Shown in pieces: positions 39,801-51,949 of a stretch of 64,000 bases of DNA. A model generated the notes under the pieces. It searched no databases and was not told the DNA's origin. It saw only the letters and a list, made by a program, of their open reading frames with translations. Origin of the DNA: Botryllus schlosseri (taxonomy: Eukaryota); assembly GCA_051294905.1 (NCBI GenBank), contig CM119373.1, positions 1,242,001 to 1,306,000 on the forward strand. Direction: 5' to 3'. Made by a program: the position numbers and the translations under genes. Numbering within the stretch: position 1 is the stretch's first letter; each line of letters begins with the position of its first letter.

Positions 39801-40507
39801 GTTTCAGCTATAGAGTCATTCTCTCATTAAGAGTCAATCTCTCATTAACACCTGACGCTGGCGTGCACAAATTGCACATATTTCAAAATATTTCAAGAGA
39901 ATTTGAAAGAAAATCGTCACTGGACGTGATTCTTCAGCGACGTCACGTAACCGGATTATGCATGCTGGCATTGAATGGTCAATATTCATCACTGTCGGAC
40001 CTACATTCCAGGCTTTCAAACTTTGCCATTTCTGTGCCCCTGTAGCTGTCGCGTTACTGTTTGTTCCTGCGGTGAACATTCGCAATTCCGAAAGATGTTA
40101 CGAACTTTTCGGAAGTTCGCGTGGAAAAGTTCGTGTGCGTCATGCCGTGAGATGTTTAGCGTTTTGCACTTGAATGCGCTCAATGGGTCGGCAGAAATGG
40201 GGACTGCGCACAGTGAATCCGACTTGATCGTCATATATTTGACTGGGATTGTATGCTGGTATTATCGACTTCCATAATGGTATATTTTCTTTCGTACTTT
40301 TATTTCGAGCATGTAATAAACTTGACAATTTTTGTGTCGCATAATGTTTTACCGATGTTCCTGCGCTGAAGACCACTCCACGTTTGACGAGCTTTCCTCG
40401 TGCGTCGCGTGTTGGGTTGTGTTAAACAAAAATAAATTGTTTGTTAAGGTTTGTAAATAATAGAAATATTAAGCACATGCTACTTGCTAGTAAGATAATG
40501 TGTTTCA

Positions 40508-41116
40508 GATGATGGTTCAACATTGTCACATGCCGTATAACGTATCCAATTGGAAGAATGAGAGATCCAAGAATACTTTGGTTGGCAGAATTTTTTGAGA
40601 ATATGATCAAATGGAAGGTAGTCAAAGTTGGCATTCCAATATTTTGATGCGACATAGCTTTTGAAATATCCTTTTATCACAGAGAAATGCTGAAAGTCGG
40701 CGAGAAACTAAGCGAATGATGGCTTTGCCGAAGATGGAAGGGCTAATATTCACATCCAATAATCTTATAGCCATTTCAGAACGATTATTGAAAGACATGC
40801 CGAAATTAGCCTTGAGAACTTTCACACAAGATGTGTTGGAGGCATTATTTGGAAACATAGTAATTACCTAATTATTTCAAGTAATTATTTTAGGTAATTC
40901 GTGCTGGTACGGGTACGGTTATTGTATTCTCAGAGGCAAATGTGTCGTCGGCGAACAAATCCTGATGTGGCCGAGGTTGCTTACGACATTCACCACATCA
41001 CCCAAACTCGAATAGCGCGGCGGCAGGACCGGCCATATGCACTTGCCCCCGCCCCGAAACGGAAAAAGTCTCAATCTGGAAGAATTGAGGATGGTTGGAT
41101 ATTCTTTCCACAATAA
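40508..41116 (+). pseudogene. P-element-type transposase C-terminal exons (locus P3)
   Basis: WFNIVTCRITYP...MIKWK / RNAESRRETKRMM...EGLIFTS...FTQDVLEALFGNI / RQMCRRRTNPDVAEVAYDIHH...APKRKK...FPQ*. Confidence 0.85.
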
Positions 41117-41588
41117 GCACATGCATTGCTTGTAATATAGATTGTGTTTAGGAATCAAGGACCATTGTATGAAGAGGACATAGTTGCACTCCAATCCGAA
41201 TGATGCAGACTTGTTCAAACGACCAATTAGTTACCAATGCTGCAGACTTTGTACACCAATCATGCAGACTTGAACGAACAATTATCTAGTTTTTTTTATC
41301 TAGTTAACTGCTTACAGAATAATGCTTCGAAATACAATAAATGACCTACAGAATTGATGCATTGAATTACTTCTTGCTGCCGGCTGATATTTGTTAACAA
41401 AGCCAACACACCAGCGTCAAGGTTTCAGCCAAAGTGTTGGTTTACCTTTTTTTTTACATAGAAGGAATTCTTGCATGCTTAGGCAGCATAAACATGCAAA
41501 GCAAGGAAACTATATTGTGGATGCCGGTGACCAAACAAAGTCAGTTCATTCGCAAAATCTTGGGGCCCACTACCCAAGTGTCATTAGC

Positions 41589-42485
41589 TCATGATGAGAG
41601 TTGACTGCGGAGGGAAATCGCTCCCGTTGTGACCCGCTGATGCATCCTCTCAAATAGCTTCTTCGCAAAACTATGAGAAAGCGTTCCCAACATCAGCTTA
41701 GTTACAATACATAAGTGAGGAGTGCGTGCACTTCACTTTCACTGGCGTCTTCAACACATAAATCTATGTACAAGAGATACGAAATATTGGCCTTGAAGAA
41801 TTTCTATTGTTGTGCTACCAAAATCGATCTTGTTTGCTGTTCGGCTGGCTTCACGTGAAGACCTTAGATAAACATGCTGTACCAAATATAGAAAGTCTTC
41901 TGAAGGATACAGGAGACAATTGTCTTTTCGTTCTAACATTGTTATTAGTAATCCTTGCGGCTCATCATTGCACAGCTGGTTCACCGTCACCAATGGAAAT
42001 CGGTCATAAGCCTTCTTTAATGCGAAGCCAGCAATATACTCCAGTGTTTCACTTTCGAATCGTCCAATTCTCCCCCTACCAATTTTCCCTCTCTTCCCAC
42101 TCCACCAATTAAGGCAATTTTTCTAAGTGCCTCGAGCAACAGTCTTGGCGCCCTCTGATCTGCTGACAATCCTCAAAATATTTGACAGCTGTACAACATT
42201 CTTCGGAGTACTCTCTAACAACTGTTGCAGAATCAGCTGCAGGTATGTAATGTGACATGAACTGCCTCAATTTTTGGCTGGCATAGGAGGTTAAATTGAC
42301 CCGCTAATCAATGTCTTTGATTATATCCTCCGGAGACGGTTGACGAATATTTTCATTCATGCCAATTACAATAGATTTAGGATTAGGGTTGCTTCCACTA
42401 GGTTCTTCATCCATGTCTACGTATCGGAGCTCATGAATTATATCATCGGTCAGTAGTAATTCCCAGCTAACCTCGTTCATGTTTA
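41589..42485 (-). pseudogene. Convergent partner gene of P3, interrupted by the Gypsy element (continues at 54762)
   Basis: MNEVSWELLLTDDIIHELRYVDM...ETLEYIAGFALKKAYDRFP...LITMLERKDNCLLYPSEDFLYLVQHVYL...FAKKLFERMHQRVTTGAISLRSQLSS*. Confidence 0.8.
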
Positions 42486-44399
42486 TGTTGTGTCTTTATT
42501 CACATAACAAAATAAGCAAAGGCAATTTACAATCACGTCCCTGATAGCTCACCATCACCAATGTTTTACCCAATACCGGCAGAATTTCGCCACTGTTGGC
42601 CTTCAATTTAATGTTGCATGGCTCCAGCGTCGCAAGAGGAAATTTCTCCACAGTAAATACTTCGAAATTACGGATACTGCAGCACCTGTATCGAATATCA
42701 TAGAAATGATAATACCGTTAATGCCAATATCTACGCGAATCTCATCTTTCCCTTCTACGAATTGATATTCATCAACATACTCACACTGTCGTCTGCCGAG
42801 GACTCGGAACCACAGTCGTCACCGTTACCAGCATCATCAGTTGATTGCTTTTCCGTCGATCCGCTCAAACAGTTAATCTTGCATGCGGTCTTACTCTTTC
42901 GCCTTGTACTTTTTCCGGGGCACATCTTCCTTATGTGTCCGACCCGTCTGCACGCATGACACAGTGCTGTGCGAAAGATACAATTGTCTTCTCCGTGGTT
43001 AGATTTCCCGCAGCGCTTGCATTCCTGGTATTCTTGAGTCACCCGCTGTTCCCTTCGTACCATCGCGGTGCTGTAACTACCAGTATCGAAAAGTTGCCTC
43101 CCAGCTGCTTCCATTGCGACAGCCTTTTTAACGGCGTCTTCTAAGCTCAAATCATTCTCCAACAGTAAGCGCTCCTAAACCATCTGGGGACGCGTCTACT
43201 GACAGGGTAATCGGCTTATCAGGGTCATAGTGAGCCAATACCAAATCGGAGGTAAGCCAATTTTTCATGGCTCCGAAGGCCTTTTCACAAGTATCATCCC
43301 ACTTCCACTTCACGTCCTTTCTTAGCAAGTTCGTTAACGGTTGCAACAGACTGGATAGGTTAAGTATGAATTTTCTATGGACATTTACCATCCCGAGAAA
43401 AGACCGCAGTACCCTCACGTTGTCTGGACGGCAAGCAGAAGTCACTGATCGCAAATTTGAGTTGCTCGGTCGTATGCCATTCTTGTCAATTACATAGCCT
43501 AAATATTCCAGGGACTCTTCCAGGAAACAACACTTGGACTTTTTAGCTTTCAAACCATATTTATCCAAACGATTACATACAGTTGATAGCAGCTCAAGAT
43601 TTTCCTTCTCCGAAGACCCGGTGATTAAGATGTCGTCTAGCAAACACGGTACATTCAGTCCTTGTAACACCTGATCCATCAGTTGCTGAAAAATCGCCGG
43701 CGCTGATGCCACTCCAAACGGAAGTCGGGTGTACCTGAACAATCCAAGATGGGTGTTAATCACCACGTACTTACGCGAGTCGTCATCAAGCTCCACTTGC
43801 GTGTACGCTTGTGATAAATCGATCTTGCTAAAATACGAACTTTTCCTTCCGTCAAGAAGCGCCAGCAAGTCGTCGGGGGTCGGTAATGGATATTCGGGTA
43901 TATCCAACTGCGGATTAATCGTAACTTTGAAGTCGCCACAAATACGAACTTCCCCGGACGCCTTTAGCACAGGCACAATTGGACTCGCCCAGTCGGAGTG
44001 CTCAACGCTTTCCAACACTCCAGTATCCACTAACCCAAGGGTCGGCAACCTACGGCCCGCGGGCCGGATCCGGCCCGCTAAGCGAAATCGTCCGGCCCGC
44101 GACATAATAATTAGTTATCACAAGAATACGGCCCGCCGTTTCATAATGAGTTTCAATCTCCAGTGCAGCACTGCATGAAAAAAAATGCGGCATTGCTACG
44201 ATATAATAGTAGCCTTCATCGTATTAGTCTATTGTTACGCCATAAAACGAAGGTGGTTGAAGTAGGAGATGAAGATAGACTAGACTGGATCAGTGGTTAT
44301 CATTATCAATCAGGTGTATCTCGCAACCGAAGGCGTGCCATACTTTTTTTTAAAGGTTTCCCAGCAAACACTAGATGTCTTTTGAACCTGTCAGGATAT

Positions 44400-45075
44400 C
44401 TTTTTCTTGTCCAGCCAGGTTCAAATCATATCTTGTGCATGCTTTGTGCTGAAGCACGACTTAAATATATCTTTTTCATGTCCAGTCATGTTCAAATCAT
44501 ATCTTTGTGCAAACCTTGTGCTGAAGCACGACTTAAATATATCTTGTTCTTGTCCAGTCAAGTCCAAATCGTATCTTGTTCATACCTTGTGCTGAAGCAC
44601 GAATTAAATATATTTTTTTCTTGTCCAGTCAAGTCCAAATCATATCTCGTCCATACCTTGTGCTGAAGCACAACACAAATATATCTTGTTCTTGTCCTGT
44701 CAAGTCCAAATCATGTCTTGTCCATACATTGTGCTGAAGCACGACTTAAATATATCTTGTTCTTGTCCAGTCGAGTCCAAATCGTATCTTGTTCATACCT
44801 TGTGCTGAAGCACGAATTAAATATATCTTGTTCTTGTCCTGTCAAGTCCAAATCATGTCTTGTCCATACATTGTGCTGAAGCACGACTTAAATATATCTT
44901 ATTCTTGTCCAGTCGAGTCCAAATCGTATCTTGTTCATACCTTGTGCTGAAGCACGAATCAATTTTTTTTGTCCAGTCAAGTCCAAATCATATCTTGTCC
45001 ATACCTTGTGCTGAAGCACGACACAAATATATCTTGTTCTTGTCCAGTCAAGTCCAAATCATGTCTTGTCCATAC
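44400..45075. repeat. Subterminal tandem array, ~71-bp unit, about 9 copies
   Basis: tgtgctgaagcac...atatatcttgttcttgtccagtcaagtccaaatc recurs mostly every 71-72 bp. Confidence 0.9.
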
Positions 45076-45645
45076 CCTGTGATGGCCTCCGCTGCTTTCG
45101 GTGGTTGATGGGTATTATAGAGTGTATAATTGGAATTGGTCGGCTCCGAAATTTTGGAAGGCAATTTGAAAGTCAGCAAAATCCGGCTGGAGAATTTCCG
45201 GTTCTGCGTCCCAAAAACTTCTACCAAAATCATGATATCGTATTTAAGATTATAATTAAGAATGTTGCTAAAATCCAACTGTCGAAATAAATTCAGAATC
45301 CGCATCCAGTCCGGCTGAAATCGCTGAAATCCTGCTACGACTCCGGCTTCTGATCCGGAGTGTAAACGAGAGGCCGTTTCTCCCTTGCGAGTTCACATAA
45401 GTTTTGGCGCGGAATACTGGCAGACAAAGCGCTCTCGTAATGGCGGCTTACAGCTATACAGTCGTATGTTAGGTTTAGTTGCGTTCTGGAATTAATCGTG
45501 GTAAATTGAGGCTCAACCAACCATATTCCTTCAGAGGATTACTGAAAACTTAACTGTAGATGGTAATTTATATATGCTTCATACGAAACATAGGTATATG
45601 ATGTATGGTAGACAACTACTTGTGTGTTTTTGGTTCTGTCTGATA

Positions 45646-48600
45646 ATGATGGTGCTGTCTGATGAAGATGAATACCTGATTGTTATATTTCTCGAAGGAA
45701 AACAATCAGTTGCTGTGATACATAAAAGCTGGAAAACCACTGTAGATGTGAGTTCATTCAATCCTTTTTAACAGACTTGTATAAACTACCCAATAGTTTG
45801 TTGATGGTCAACGATTTGACGGTTTTGAGTAGTTGTAGCTCCAGTTGCTGATTTTAAAAACTGATTACGGTACTTCTGGTTCCAGTTGTGCTTTTTGAAA
45901 ATCCAATAGATTATACAAGTCTGCTCGTTCGTATTTTATGGATTGTAATTTGCATGAAATTGTTTTTATCTATATTCAGGGAGTATTGCATTGCTGGTGG
46001 CCGAAGAAGAATGAGAATTATAAGGCAAAACACAAGAAGCAACCGAAATATGATACGGGCAATTGGTCTCTGTACAAAATATGTATCAAATGCTCATCCA
46101 GTAAGTCAACTCATAATTTGTGAAGGTTTACCATTACTAAGTACCATTAAATTCTCTTGCTTAGCTTGGAGTCTGGAGTTTTTAATTAGGATTGCAGAAA
46201 AGTTCTGAGTAGAGTGCTAACGTTATGTCACTACTGTATATAGGTATTGATAACTAATCTATAGATAGATATACAACACATGACTCACGGTTGAATACGC
46301 CGAGGCAAAACCCTAAATCTAGATCTAAAGCAGTCACGAATTCGCGCGGCCCCAACTATACTCTGAAATTCTAAATTTGGCCCTGACAGTGAAAAAGGTT
46401 GAGAACCACTGAGCTATACAGTTACTTGCGTACAGTATTTCATTAGCAGTCTAAGTTTGCGTGAGCGATACAATATCGTTTTTTCGAATTTTCAAATTTG
46501 AGTAATTCTTGATCTAGTTTTGCTGTTTAAAAATCCAGTAGTTTAATAAATCTGGAATCTGACCATCTATATCAGGGGTGGACAATTATTTTCCTCCGCG
46601 GGCCAAATGAGAAAAATAAATACGTTGGCGGGCCGAGTGAACATTTTTAGCTATATTCTCCAGCGTATTTCCAGCGTTGGCGGGCCGAGTGAACGATTTT
46701 TCTGTTCATTTGATATAGCCTATGGTTTTCGTCATTCAAAAAGCAAGTTTTATGTTTTGAATTCGAAGAAACCTTTCGCGGGCCGCACAGAATAGCTTCG
46801 CGGGCCGCACTTTGCCCAGGTCTGATCTATATTATCCATCTGTTTTAGATGAATGGGACAAGGCCCTTCGTGATATGAGGGCAGTTGCAGACAATAGTAG
46901 CTTACCCTCCGCTTCAGATAAGGAGCTACAACGGTCTAACCGGAAACGTCAGCCGCCAAAAAAACTTTTGGATAATTCCACGTCATCTGATGATCAAGGT
47001 ATAGCCTACACTGATATTCTTCCTAATATGTTATACACAGAAGACAGAAGTGACATATGTATAACTTTCATACTTTGTAGATGATGCTGCTCCTTCAAAG
47101 AAAAAATGTAATCCAAGTATTCAGACACAAGGCATCCCTATACCAATTGCAAGAGTGCGGTCACCTCCTGATTCTGGCGATGAAACTGTGACAAGCAAGA
47201 GTGCTCTTGTCAATGATGCTTCAAATGCAAGTTTGCCATCATTGAGTGAGGAGAGTGTTCAAGAACAGCATGACCCCAACATTGAATGTAGTGGCCAGTT
47301 GCAGGGAATCAACCAATGCAGTAAGTTCCTAACACTTTGATTCATTCTCCAATTTAAGCAATAGAGTCGCTCTATTTTCCAGACGATCCTTCATTTGTAA
47401 GCAATGTTGAACTGCAAAATTCTGACTGTCAACAACAAGGCCTATCACAAAGTAATGGTAAGTTTATAGCATATGATCAATCCAGTATTATTGAATTCAA
47501 ATAATTTTTTAGCTGCTCCATGTTCTTCATCAACTCCAACATCTGCACACAGTGACCACTCTATCTCTTTGATGCGTAAAGACATCAAAGACATCAAGTT
47601 GCAAATGAACATCATGATGGACCTCAGCTCCAAGCAGATGAACCAGATGATGGATCTAATTAAAGGTCACATGATCAACGACTCAAAAAATAAACACAGT
47701 ACAACAGCCCCAATCTTGCTTGAAGATCTTATTGAAAACCCCTGTCAAACCGTATCTCAGCTGGAACAACTGGAAAAGAACTTGACTGACGGCGATTGCA
47801 AGAAGTCTGAACTGGTATGATTTGTATGACTTGTATGACATTTGGTATGATTTGTATGACATTTGGTATGACTTGTAGCACGGCACACTTCTAGGCTTTT
47901 GTAAGGCACCGGTTATTCTAGGGGCGCCAACTCAAAATTGGTCGCAGGCCACTTTTCAATTTCGGTAGAGGATGCAGGCCGCATGAATTCAATAACGAGA
48001 TTAATTAGGCCACAGAGTTGAACGCCTTATGAAATCTTAATTAGGGATTGCACCGTGTGTTGATTGATCAGGGAGAAAAAACATGGCGGCGCCTGCATGA
48101 CAATGTTATTTTCAAATTCACATTGTCCTCAGCATTATCGGTGGGAAATGGATTTGAAGTGACATTGCTGTCGTTGTAATACATTCATTAAATACGATTT
48201 ATTCATTGTATATGTGGATAAATGGGCGAATAATGTATCGATTCAGCAATCCGGCCTATATCCGGCCCGCCGACTGGAGAAGTTGCCCACCCCTGATCTA
48301 ACCTCTCGTCAAGATCAACGTTCCATCAAGTTATTTGATGTCTATGCAGGCGCGTAGCCAGAGGGGGGGTTTCGAGGGTATAGTCGTCATTTACGCATGT
48401 ACTTAACCATAATGAATTGATGCTATATTAGTGAATTCGAAAAATATCGAAACCCTGCCATATTATTTTAAAAAACCCTACTTATTTTTTGCCATTTGTA
48501 TTTTGTACTACAGGTATCTGCTTTGAAAGGACTTCACGGTGAACAATTGGCCTCAACGGTCAGAAATATCATGACAAGCATAGCTGTAAAAGATGTGTGG

Positions 48601-50544
48601 CAATTGTTCAGCCTAAAAGGTCAAAGAAGCAAAAATGGACAAAAAAGAAGTTTTCAAAATTTTACTCTTTACAAGACTATAAAACGTAAGTTGTTACTGA
48701 TATTACAATCGCGATTTCAAAACCCATGATAACGATGTCTTCGAGAGCATTTTTACAGAGTTAGGGTATTTTGCTTTCCCTTCTTGTGAAAGATCATCGC
48801 AGCTAAATTGCAAATCGTTGCTGACCACACACCCTTATAAGCCCTCGTTTGAAGTCATCTTCTACTGACATTGCCGACATGGCGAAATCACAAGCAAGTG
48901 CGTTGATTGCGCAACTCCATGTTGAGTCTGGAATGTTTTGAAATACCAATTTTGACACCATGGGGTGATCACATTCGAGAGAGATTGTTACCGCTGGCGG
49001 AGATTCCGATTTGCCGCATTGTTTTGTAATGCCGCCCCTGATCTACTTATATTCTCTTTGAAGGAGCATGTAAAGTGGCTCATCCTACGGCCGACAGTAC
49101 AACAATTACAACTAAAGTGGGACGATTTCTAACTGTTATTGGAGCTTGCAAGGTAATTTTGTTTATGAATCTGACGTCTGTGTGACAGCTGCGTTCTTTA
49201 TCCGTAAGTGAATCGTTGCTACCTCCAGGGCCACTACCATTCATCTTCAGAACACTATACCAGTGGTTTCCAAACTTTGACGTGATGTAATTTAAAAAAA
49301 AATTATAGTTATTTAATTTCTCGGATTATCCTTGATTGGTGGATAATCCGCGATTTATCAACGAAAAACTCACATAAACCCGCTTCTACTGGTCGGAATT
49401 GACTCAAATTTGTTTTGCAACGTCTTTGAAGACAGCTCAACAATTTCATGGGGTTGGCAGGAAAATTGGGAAATTTTTTTTTTAATTTTCAATAATAAAT
49501 TAAAAATTTTAATTGGATCTGCGGAGTCCTATACTTGTTAGAATCGAACCAAATTTGGTGTGCAGCGTTTTTAGGGTAACCTGACAATTAAATCAGTGAA
49601 TGGCTGGAATCCGAGGAAAAAAGTTATTTTTGAACAGCCCTACTGCACACGTGAGCAATTACGCAGTGCTTAGTTGGTCTCAGCGCAGAAAAAGCGCAGA
49701 AAAAATCTGAAGTGATGTCATTTTTTTAGTCGTTACGTACTACTGTCGAAGGGACCGCGCAGTGAGTTGGTGAGTGTGTGCAGACTCTTCAAAAATTAGA
49801 GGGAACATTGGGCCGGCTGTTTCGGTGGCGAACAAGATGCATGGCAAATATGGCTCAATTCCAACGTGTAGAAGTCAAATCATTGAGATACAAAATTAGG
49901 GATTGGAAACTTCGCTGGTATATATATTAGGTACATTTTACAGCTAGCTATACTATCCCATTCACCAAAGAAATGTTTGAAGCTGGCCCAGAACGATAAC
50001 GATGAGTTATACGATCTTCCAGGGCCGTAACTGTCACACTCCAAACACCCAATTAGGATAGCTCGACTGGACCCAAAATTACTTTGTTGGTCGTTTGTTG
50101 AAGTAGATGTAATCAAATTGAATATTTTTGTCGTGCTTAGCGCGATTTCTTGTCCCTGTAGGTCTACATTTAAATATGATTAGTAAGATAAAAAGGTGCT
50201 TATGTTAGAGAAATATGCAAATCGGTGGTGGCGATTACCACACATTGAAAAGGACTACGACTCTACTCTGTGCTAAGAGATGGGCCTCAAGAACATTTTC
50301 AAACAACACACACCACCAAGGTCGTCGTGACTTCCTAAAGGCGATTCGGAATCCTTGGATGAATGTGACTTGCCATGACCGTCCCATTGTACTCGCAACC
50401 AAACACATATAATGACTTTTGCTCTACTGCTAATCAATCGAAGTAATCAATTCATTTATGTTTTAGGATGACGATAAAGGAGAAAACAGGAGCAAGACTG
50501 TTATCGAGGAGGCTGAAGATTCCGATACCGATAACATAGACTAA
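45646..50544 (+). CDS. DUF4806-type accessory protein, 9 exons: 45646-45747, 45980-46100, 46849-46998, 47081-47320, 47383-47457, 47513-47814, 48514-48685, 49064-49151, 50467-50544
   Basis: All junctions GT-AG with matching phases, and no stop seen. N-terminus YLIVIF...VAVIHKSW...CWWP; C-terminus LKGLHGEQLASTVRNIMTSIAVKDVWQLFSLKGQ...KRSF. Confidence 0.72.
46573..46824. mobile_element. hAT MITE in intron 2 of the DUF4806-type gene
   Basis: caggggtggacaa / ttgcccaggtctg imperfect TIRs, gcgggccg motifs, TSD atctatat on both sides. Confidence 0.8.
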
Positions 50545-50994
50545 TGCTAATGCAGAAATATTTGCTGAAGTGATTGCACAGTTCTGTATCAAGGCCCAAT
50601 TCTTGCTAACGTATTTTCTTCATCCATGTTTTTTTTGGCGTGTTTTGTTCTGATTTCATACAGAACAGAAAGCCATAAACATGATTTTTAAAATTGGCGA
50701 TTAGTTTTAATTCTGAATCAAGGCCTACCTCTTGCTGCCTACTTCTTGCTAACGTATGTTGTGTCACGGACTGTTATTTTACCTTGATTCTTCATCTATT
50801 TTTATTCCAATTTTCCGTCGAGGTCTAGTCCAGTTCATTTTTTTTTGAACTGGTATAATACAGAACAAAAAGCCATACATGATTTGTAAATCTGGCGATT
50901 CGTATTCGTTCATATGTGAAGTCCAGCAAATAGCAGGTTTAGCCAACCAGGGTTCAGGGTCACACAGGGTCGAGTTATACAAAAAATCTCTTCT

Positions 50995-51195
50995 AGGATA
51001 TGTTTAAGGATGTTAGTCAGGATATCTTTGAGGATGTTTATCAGGATATCTTTGAGGATGTTTCTCAGGATATCTTTGAGGATGTTTATCAGGATATCTT
51101 TGAGGATGTCCATCAGAATGTCTTTGAGGATGTTTATCAGGATATCTTTGAGGATGTCCATCAGAATGTCTTTGAGGATGTCCTACAGGACATCT
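50995..51195. repeat. Subterminal tandem array, 24-bp unit
   Basis: aggatatctttgaggatgtttatc repeated about 8 times. Confidence 0.9.
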
Positions 51196-51949
51196 TATAT
51201 ATATCCATTTCTGTCGACAAATGTATATATTTTGCAGTTCAGTGAAGGACATCTTTTGAACTCATGGAAGATGTTTAAAAAATATCTTTAATAAGTTTTG
51301 TGTTTGCTGGGTTACCACTCTAACGGGGTGTGACAATAAAGGTGTTCTTCCTTTGCTTCAAAAACGCTTGGAACATCTCAGACGCAATGACGGAATCTCA
51401 AACTGTTCAATTATAGATAACTAGCCTCCGTATGTTAGTTAGCCTATCTATAGCCAGAAGGCATTGTATGCCAAGACAACAAACCTGAATAGTGTTTTGG
51501 CCACAATGGTGAAAACTGTTAATATGATTTTTGTCTCATTACCTGAATCAGTTACGCCAGATATTACTAGAAGCAGAGAATCAATATGGCGATGTCACGT
51601 AGGCCTATATTTGTCATGTTCGCGCATTAAGTCGAGCAGCTATGCTTACACGAGTGTATGAACTGAGAAATGAAATAGCAACTTTCCTCGAGAACACAAA
51701 TATCGCCGACTCATAATCTTGTAATCGAAAATGGGCATCTCATCTTGCTTTCCTGGTACATTTAACGTCACATCTGAACAAATTGAATTTGCAACTTCAG
51801 GGGGAAAACAACTAAATACCTGAGATGTTGAGGCGCATTGAAAACAAATCTGTGACTCTGGAAATGTCAACAGTACAAAGAAAATTATGCTCACTTTCCT
51901 ATACTGGAGGAGAGAAAACCTAGTACCAACACTACATTTGTAACGACTA

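Larger units (their letters stand above)
44360..51311. mobile_element. EnSpm/CACTA-like element lacking transposase
   Basis: TIRs cccagcaaacac / gtgtttgctggg, tt on both flanks (2-bp TSD), subterminal tandem arrays at both ends, internal DUF4806-type gene. Confidence 0.75.

Noticed and set aside
38150..40400. Coding-like minus-strand blocks as upstream exons of the P2 partner or another gene
   Set aside because: No consistent spliced frame or recognisable motif could be built.
43152..44105. 317-aa ORF as a stand-alone RT gene with novel N-terminus
   Set aside because: The first ~23 aa are read from the hAT TIR; the true upstream pol frame lies beyond 54030.
44400..45075. Regular ~71-bp array as a CRISPR locus
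   Set aside because: Whole units repeat with no unique spacers, there are no cas genes, the context is eukaryotic, and the array sits just inside a transposon TIR.
50910..51291. Periodic ORFs (ILKDIL..., QDIFEDV...)
   Set aside because: Stop-free translations of a 24-bp subterminal tandem repeat in several frames.
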